Of a DNA stretch of 64,000 nucleotides, positions 57,320 through 64,000 are shown piece by piece. Under the pieces are notes generated by a model. It made no database searches, had not been told where the DNA came from, and saw only the letters and a program-made list of their open reading frames with translations. The DNA is taken from contig CACZPS010000045.1 of NCBI GenBank assembly GCA_902783125.1, forward strand, positions 1,242 to 65,241, written 5' to 3'. Positions within the stretch are counted from its first letter, which is position 1; each line of letters starts with the position of its first letter. The position numbers and the translations under genes are program-made. The DNA is from an uncultured bacterium. GTDB taxonomy: Bacteria > Cyanobacteriota > Vampirovibrionia > Gastranaerophilales > Gastranaerophilaceae.

Positions 57320-57592
57320 TTACTTAACTAATTCTTTGAATTTCTTACCAGCTGAGAAAGCAGGAACTGTTTTAGCAGCAATCTTCAACTCAGCACCGGT
57401 TTGAGGGTTTCTACCTGTTCTTGCAGCACGTTTACGAGCTTCAAAAGTACCAAAACCTACTAAAGTAACTTTTTTACCTTTAGAAACAGTTTTTTCAATA
57501 GTGTCTAATGTAGCTGATAAAATATCAGACGCAGCTTTTTGAGAAACGCCGGCTTTTTTAGAAATTTCTTTTACTAATTCATCTTTGTTCAT
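57320..57592 (-). CDS. hup: DNA-binding protein HU
   Basis: MNKDELV..GFGTFEARKRAARTGRNPQTG. The ATG at 57592 has an AAGGAG SD 6 nt upstream, so the longer tracked ORF is not used. Confidence 0.95.
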   Translation of the reverse strand: MNKDELVKEISKKAGVSQKAASDILSATLDTIEKTVSKGKKVTLVGFGTFEARKRAARTGRNPQTGAELKIAAKTVPAFSAGKKFKELVK

Positions 57593-57769
57593 AACAATCT
57601 CCTTTTCTAATTGTCTTGAAAGTGTTAATAAATAAACACTAAACTCTCCTACAAAACCCATTATACACATTATTCTTGATTTTGCAAGTGGTTAAAGGTA
57701 ATGATTAAATATTATAATTGTCTTTTAGATACGTAAAACCTTTAAAACACACTAAATACGTGCATTTTG

Positions 57770-58651
57770 CTATTTATAATAAACAGGATTAAGCCTTACA
57801 AATTGTATATTATTGTAAAAATGTGTTAAAATTTGATAGGCAGAATTGCCCATTTCCGCTAAATTTTTTGCACCATGCTGAGTCATGCCGACCCCATGCC
57901 CTGCTTTTTGAGCATTATTATCATAGGATGGAACAGATTTAAGGTATGGAATATCGTTCCCAAAGGATTCTAATGCTGATATCGTTTGCCCACCTGCGCA
58001 CGAACAATACATTGCAGAGATTGGTTTATTATCATAAAGCATTATAATTCCGCTTGTTTCAAGAATTGCCCTGTTAGTGTTTTCAGTTTCTGCATTGACC
58101 CCTTCATAAACCTGATCCATATAAGTATCGCCAAGATCGAACCCTTCAGCTGAGTGTTTACCCATATTTGCAACTGCATAAGTTCTGGCAGCAATTGTTT
58201 GAGCTTTCAATGCTTCTATATTCCAAGATGACGGCATTTCGGCAGGAACAACCCCTTGAAGATAATTTTCCATACAAATATCGTTTATAAGAGTAAGCAC
58301 ACCATTTTTATTCATAACCCGTAATATTCCGCGGTACCACTTATCTTTTGCATAAACACAAGCTGTTTGCTCTATTGGTTTAACAACAGCATCTGTACTA
58401 TTAACAGTACACTGACCCCAATTTGAGCGAACAATCATTTTATCATTACCAAGCGGGGTTATTTCATACATAAGCATTTTTCTGATTAAACAAAGCTGTT
58501 TATTTGTTTTAACATCAATCATTTGTGCCTCGTCAGAAACTGATACCCTGACGGACTCTACGCCTGTACACAATCCTATTTTTATTGCATAAGACGGCTG
58601 AATTGTTAATAATCCTATAAATAATCCTAATAATATAAATATCTTTTTCAT
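57770..58651 (-). CDS. SpoIID/LytB-domain protein (lytic transglycosylase-type)
   Basis: Signal peptide MKKIFILLGLFIGLLTIQPSYA; YLQGVVPAEMP, EALKAQTIAARTYA, CSCAGGQT. Confidence 0.85.
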   Translation of the reverse strand: MKKIFILLGLFIGLLTIQPSYAIKIGLCTGVESVRVSVSDEAQMIDVKTNKQLCLIRKMLMYEITPLGNDKMIVRSNWGQCTVNSTDAVVKPIEQTACVYAKDKWYRGILRVMNKNGVLTLINDICMENYLQGVVPAEMPSSWNIEALKAQTIAARTYAVANMGKHSAEGFDLGDTYMDQVYEGVNAETENTNRAILETSGIIMLYDNKPISAMYCSCAGGQTISALESFGNDIPYLKSVPSYDNNAQKAGHGVGMTQHGAKNLAEMGNSAYQILTHFYNNIQFVRLNPVYYK

Positions 58652-58712
58652 AATATTTATATTGTAAACAATTTTTATACTATCTTCAAACATTATATGG
58701 AGGATTTATTAT

Positions 58713-60065
58713 CTAACTGTTTAAAACCTCATTTGTACACTCTAGTGCGACATCTGTTACAAAGTCCATATCTTCTTCTTCAATTATTAAAGGAGGGTTA
58801 AAGTATATAACATCACCCAGCGGACGTAAGAGAACCCCTCTATTTAGGGCTTTTTTATAAATTTGGTAACCCGTTCTTAATTTTGAATTAAATGGCTCTT
58901 TTGTTTCTTTATTTTTAACAAGTTCTATAGCATTAATTAAGCCTATATTCCTAACTTCTCCTACATTTTTGAGGTTTAAGAATTTTTCTTTAATGATTTT
59001 ATTAAAATACCCAGCTCTTTTACGAGCGGTTTCAATAATATTTTCATCTTTCAAGATATTAAGCACCTCAATTCCCGCAGAACAACCAAGCGGATTCCCC
59101 GCATAAGTGTGAGAGTGCATAAAGGCTTTACCCGTTAAGTAATCCGCATAAAAAGCATCGTAAATCTCTTGTGTTGTTACACAAACAGACATTGGCATAT
59201 AACCGCCGGTTAAACCCTTCGAAAGACACATTATATCTGGGGATACTCCTGTGTGGTCAAACGCAAACATTTTACCGGTTCTGCCATAACCCGTTGCAAT
59301 TTCATCAGCTATCAAATGAACATTATATTTATCACATAATTCTCTGAGTTTTTTTAGGAACAACGGAGGATAAATCTTCATGCCGGCAGAACCCTGCAAA
59401 AGCGGTTCAACAAGTATTGCACAGGTTTCTTCACCAAATTGTTCAAAGGTTTCAATTGCCTTTTCAAAACATTCGCAGCTACAATTATCTCTATCTTTAC
59501 AGTAAGGACATCTGTAACAGTCAGGACCCTGAACCCTTACGATATCCATAAGTATTGGTTTATAAATTTCTGAATATAAATCACACGCTCCAACAGACAA
59601 TGCACCTATTGTTTCACCATGATAAGCATCTGTTAGTGCCATAAACCTTTTCTTTTGAGTGTTTCCTGTTTGTTGATGATACTGAAAACTCATCTTCATC
59701 GCCATCTCAATAGAAGCAGAACCGTTATCGGCAAAATTAAATTTGCATAAACCCTTTGGTAAAACTTCGACAAGTTTTTGACAAAGTGTAATTGCAGTTT
59801 TATGTGTAAAATTAGCAAAAATAACATGTTCCAGTGTATCAAGTTGTTGTTTTATCGCATTATTTATCCTTGAATTACAGTGTCCAAGAAGATTACACCA
59901 CCACGAACTTACAACATCTTTATAACATTTCCCGTCAATATCGTATATATTAATCCCTTTAGCGTGGTCAACCACAATAGGCGGAAGTTCTTCATAATCT
60001 TTCATCTGAGAACAAGGGTGCCAAATATATTTTAAATCTTCACTTTGCCAGTATTTTGTATCCAT
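58713..60065 (-). CDS. bioA: adenosylmethionine-8-amino-7-oxononanoate aminotransferase
   Basis: YIWHPCSQM, YHGETIGA, ADEIATGYGRTGKMFA, LSKGLTGGY (PLP Lys). Confidence 0.9.
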   Translation of the reverse strand: MDTKYWQSEDLKYIWHPCSQMKDYEELPPIVVDHAKGINIYDIDGKCYKDVVSSWWCNLLGHCNSRINNAIKQQLDTLEHVIFANFTHKTAITLCQKLVEVLPKGLCKFNFADNGSASIEMAMKMSFQYHQQTGNTQKKRFMALTDAYHGETIGALSVGACDLYSEIYKPILMDIVRVQGPDCYRCPYCKDRDNCSCECFEKAIETFEQFGEETCAILVEPLLQGSAGMKIYPPLFLKKLRELCDKYNVHLIADEIATGYGRTGKMFAFDHTGVSPDIMCLSKGLTGGYMPMSVCVTTQEIYDAFYADYLTGKAFMHSHTYAGNPLGCSAGIEVLNILKDENIIETARKRAGYFNKIIKEKFLNLKNVGEVRNIGLINAIELVKNKETKEPFNSKLRTGYQIYKKALNRGVLLRPLGDVIYFNPPLIIEEEDMDFVTDVALECTNEVLNS

Positions 60066-60077
60066 AATAAATCTCTC

Positions 60078-60722
60078 TTACCTTGTCAGTATGGTTTTTA
60101 CCCTTGTGAACGGCCAGAACACAAATACAGCTCTCCCAACCACTCTGTATTCGGGTAAAAATCCCCAAAATCTGCTATCTTCCGAGTTACCTCTGTTATC
60201 GCCCATCATAAAATATTTCCCCTCAGGAACAATCATTGGCCCGCAATACATTGTTTCAGAACAAGGGATATAGTCTTCGTCACTTAAAATATAATCCTCT
60301 TTTAAAGGCTTATCATTTATAAGAACAACGCTTTTACCGTTCTTTAATTTTTTTATTTCAATTTTTTCCCCCGGAAGACCGACTACTCTTTTGATAAATG
60401 CAACATCGTTACATCCTATTCCTGTTCTTCTTGCTAAAATCCCGAGAGGAGTTTTGTTTAACTTGACAAACGGAGGATAAAATACCAAAATATCCCCACG
60501 TTGAGGTTTTTTGTAAAAATGGGTAATCCTTTCTACAACAATTCTGTCACCTTCTATCAAAGTAGGTTTCATAGAACCTGACGGAATCCATCTTATTTCA
60601 CAAATAAAATACCTGATTAAAATTACCATCACAAGCACAAAAACAAATGTTTCAACCCATTCTTTTATGGAAGGATGCTTTTCACCCCATTTATCATATT
60701 TTTCTTTTAATTCTTTAAACAT
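60078..60722 (-). CDS. lepB: signal peptidase I
   Basis: PSGSMKPTL (Ser), IKRVVGLPGE (Lys), GDNRGNSEDSRFWG. Confidence 0.95.
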   Translation of the reverse strand: MFKELKEKYDKWGEKHPSIKEWVETFVFVLVMVILIRYFICEIRWIPSGSMKPTLIEGDRIVVERITHFYKKPQRGDILVFYPPFVKLNKTPLGILARRTGIGCNDVAFIKRVVGLPGEKIEIKKLKNGKSVVLINDKPLKEDYILSDEDYIPCSETMYCGPMIVPEGKYFMMGDNRGNSEDSRFWGFLPEYRVVGRAVFVFWPFTRVKTILTR

Positions 60723-61489
60723 TCTACTATCCTGATTAATTCTTCATTATAAATGTTATCATTCATTCCTGATAAAACATTTACCCCTTCTCCCCTGTAA
60801 TTATCTATTAAAGATAAGGTTTTTTCAAGTGAGTCATTTGTTATTTCGGTTGACCCCGAATATATAACGGGGGCTGTATAAACCCCGTTTTTTATATCTG
60901 ATTTATCTTTTAAGATATTATCTAAATCATTTTTTATTTGATATCCAATCCCAAAATTTTCAAAGAACGAATCAAATTTATTATCTATTATTCCGCCGGA
61001 CAATATATTTATCCCCTTATAAACAGCTTGAAATAATCTTGCTGTCTTTAGAGTTGTCTTTTTAATATATTCTTCCATTGTCGGTATTTTATACAATTGC
61101 GTTTGCTGGAGCAATTCACCTTTGCACATATCATTTATAGTCTTATTTATCAAAGACATAAGTTCTATTGAGCCGATTTTTAAAAGCAATTCATAACCTT
61201 TAACCGTTAGCATATTCCCGTATAACAAAGCCGTTTTGGGGTCAAACAAAGAAGCCTTACCCCTGCGGATATGCTGATTATCGATAATGTCATCATGCAA
61301 AAGTGATGCGTTATGAATCAATTCAATAACTGTTAAAAATTGAAGATGTTCTTCGGTTATAGGAAGACTAATAGATTTCAGTAACAAAACCCCCATCTTT
61401 GAACGAAACATTTTCCCAAAATCATCCTGTTTATAAGGGAAATTTAACTGTAATGTTTTTTTTATCTCTGAAATTTCATTATTACACAA
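60707..61489 (-). CDS. short polyprenyl-diphosphate-synthase-like protein
   Basis: First Asp-rich motif LLHDDIIDN is intact. The second is degenerate (YQIKNDLDN instead of FQI.DD..D). Only 260 aa. Confidence 0.65.
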   Translation of the reverse strand: MCNNEISEIKKTLQLNFPYKQDDFGKMFRSKMGVLLLKSISLPITEEHLQFLTVIELIHNASLLHDDIIDNQHIRRGKASLFDPKTALLYGNMLTVKGYELLLKIGSIELMSLINKTINDMCKGELLQQTQLYKIPTMEEYIKKTTLKTARLFQAVYKGINILSGGIIDNKFDSFFENFGIGYQIKNDLDNILKDKSDIKNGVYTAPVIYSGSTEITNDSLEKTLSLIDNYRGEGVNVLSGMNDNIYNEELIRIVECLKN

Positions 61490-61601
61490 TATTTATTGCC
61501 CTCATATTTAATCTAAATTTTAACATAACAATTGTAAAAATTTATTACGCTTATGTTTTATTTAGTCAATTTTTATTCTTGAGAAGTATTTGATAGATAC
61601 C

Positions 61602-62237
61602 ATGATTTTTACATCTCCTAAACCACAATTCATTACAAATATTGTTGTACAAGCCCCTGAAAAATTCAAAAAAAGTGTCAAGGGTTTTAAAGAAGTGTCG
61701 CCATTTCCTTATTATCGTGTGACAGACGGGGTTACATCAGCAGAGAACAAAGTAACTTATAATGCTAATACTTGTGCAATATTAGCTATGAGTAACGGCA
61801 AAGAAACATATCTTGGACATTACGCTCCTGAGGTGAGAAAATCTGATTTTATGGATAAACTTGATTTTATTATCAAAAAATTTCAGGATTCAACAGGAAG
61901 GGTTTCTGCAATTGTTGTCGGAGGACATGATTTTAGAAATATAAATCCTATTTTTAAATCAAAAGATAGTTATAAACAATTAGCCGATATCGGAAACCTT
62001 TTAGATAAAAACAATGTGAATAATTTAACAATGATTGCCGGAAAAGTCAATCCTGTTTTTAAAGATAATCTCGCCGTATCAGAAGATAAATTTATAATTA
62101 CGCACACTCCTGATTTTAGTAAAAACCCTATGAAAATAAAAGGGAATCCTAATCAAGCAGAACTCGAAAAACTTTTCAGCGATAATTATTCTATTGTAGA
62201 AATTGATCCTGAACACTCAATAAATTATATCGGCTAA
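61602..62237 (+). CDS. hypothetical protein (211 aa from ATG; tracked ORF starts at TTG 61590)
   Basis: Intact ORF. Weak pattern resemblance to CheD-type deamidases (NTCAILAMS..GHYAPE, AIVVGGHDF). Start codon uncertain. Confidence 0.45.
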   Translation: MIFTSPKPQFITNIVVQAPEKFKKSVKGFKEVSPFPYYRVTDGVTSAENKVTYNANTCAILAMSNGKETYLGHYAPEVRKSDFMDKLDFIIKKFQDSTGRVSAIVVGGHDFRNINPIFKSKDSYKQLADIGNLLDKNNVNNLTMIAGKVNPVFKDNLAVSEDKFIITHTPDFSKNPMKIKGNPNQAELEKLFSDNYSIVEIDPEHSINYIG

Positions 62238-62248
62238 AATCATAATAT

Positions 62249-63133
62249 TTATTTAATAGCTGTTAAGTCATGCATAACGATATTTCTAACATAGTTGTAA
62301 TATGTATTGTTTCCATATTTTTCAATTTTATCAAGTAAATCTTTTGCGGAAATAAAGCCTTTTAGATATGCAATTTCTTCTAAACAAGAAATCTTCATCC
62401 CTTTATTCAGTTCCATTGACTGAACAAAATTGCTTGCTTGAAGCATAGAATCGTGCGTTCCTGTATCCAGCCATGTGAAACCTCTGCCAAGAATTTCAAC
62501 ATTTAGCATATTTTTTGATAAATAAACCTTATTCAAATCAGTTATTTCCAGTTCCCCTCTTGCAGACGGTTCAAGCTGTTTTGCATACTCGCAAACATGT
62601 TCGTCATAAAAATATAATCCTACAACTGCGTAGTCTGATTTTGGATTTTGAGGTTTTTCCTCTAAAGATATAACTTTTTTATTTTTATCAAATTCAACTA
62701 CCCCAAATCTTTCCGGGTCTTTAACAGTATAACCGAAAACGGTTGCCCCTTCATTTTTATTCAGAGCATCTTTCATAATTGTTGAAAATCCGTGTCCATG
62801 GAAAATATTATCACCTAATATAAGAGCGCAAGGTTCGCCTGCGATAAAATCTTCCGCAATAATGAAGGCATCTGCAATACCTCTTTGGATATATTGAATT
62901 TTATAACTCAAAGTAAGCCCAAATTGAGAGCCGTCACCGAGCAGTTTTCTAAAATTATCGTAATCATCTTCATTTGTAATAATAAGAATATCTTTTATTC
63001 CCGCAAGCATAAGTGTTGAAAGCGGATAATAAATCATTGGTTTATCATAGATTGGCAATAATATTTTTGATATTGGCTGTGATGCCGGATAAAGCCTTGT
63101 TCCTGCCCCTGCTGCGAGTACGATACCTTTCAT
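62249..63133 (-). CDS. rfbA: glucose-1-phosphate thymidylyltransferase
   Basis: MKGIVLAAGAGTRLYP, colinear RmlA blocks LGDNIF, YAVVGLYFYD, GRGFTWLDTGT. Confidence 0.95.
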   Translation of the reverse strand: MKGIVLAAGAGTRLYPASQPISKILLPIYDKPMIYYPLSTLMLAGIKDILIITNEDDYDNFRKLLGDGSQFGLTLSYKIQYIQRGIADAFIIAEDFIAGEPCALILGDNIFHGHGFSTIMKDALNKNEGATVFGYTVKDPERFGVVEFDKNKKVISLEEKPQNPKSDYAVVGLYFYDEHVCEYAKQLEPSARGELEITDLNKVYLSKNMLNVEILGRGFTWLDTGTHDSMLQASNFVQSMELNKGMKISCLEEIAYLKGFISAKDLLDKIEKYGNNTYYNYVRNIVMHDLTAIK

Positions 63134-63152
63134 AATTTAATCCCCTTTATTC

Positions 63153-64000
<848 letters not shown>

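Overview
This is an AT-rich (by eye, about one-third G+C), densely coding bacterial chromosome segment. I support about 69 CDS. I found no rRNA, tRNA, transposase, integrase or CRISPR array. Most genes are housekeeping (tmk, rpsT, pgi, queD, uppP, priA, ddh, cdd, rpiB, rsfS, trmFO, ychF, deoC, lspA, rluD, gatA, hup, bioA, lepB, rfbA, and tgt partial at the 3' edge). Diderm-envelope markers are present: an AsmA-like giant protein, a TonB/TolA-like protein, CsaB and a SpoIID-domain protein. There is also a rich signalling set: a REC-PAS-histidine kinase plus a NarL-type regulator, a GGDEF protein, a CHASE2 cyclase and a PgpH-type HD phosphohydrolase. The clearly accessory content is a HindIII-family type II R-M pair (11395-13218) and an orphan HydE maturase. 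The rest is a set of homolog-less proteins (an AAA+ ATPase, two HExxH proteins, several small proteins) that seem to share a short polar N-terminal leader. The most unusual signals are in the non-coding DNA. (1) There are telomere-like (GGGGTAAA)n tandem arrays that fit a G-quadruplex consensus (51924-51973 and 17504-17544). Their unit word, GGGGTAAAT(G), is also dispersed upstream of many genes. (2) Other short tandem or dispersed repeat families occur (ACTAAGNN octamers, ATGGAAAAT units at gene ends), and 55178-55657 is a 480-bp mosaic of palindromes and direct repeats resembling cyanobacterial STRR/small-repeat junk. (3) A candidate terminator/antiterminator leader or sRNA lies at 45840-46037. 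(4) A conserved two-block upstream module is shared by two adjacent orphan genes (49893-50998). The repeat style plus the gene content make a non-photosynthetic cyanobacteria-related lineage (Melainabacteria-like) plausible, but that is a low-confidence inference. I did not find a multi-gene locus that I can confidently call a new defence-type system. The best candidates for something undescribed are the N-terminal-leader protein family and the repeat and regulatory elements. All family assignments come from motif recognition by eye and from memory, not from searches.
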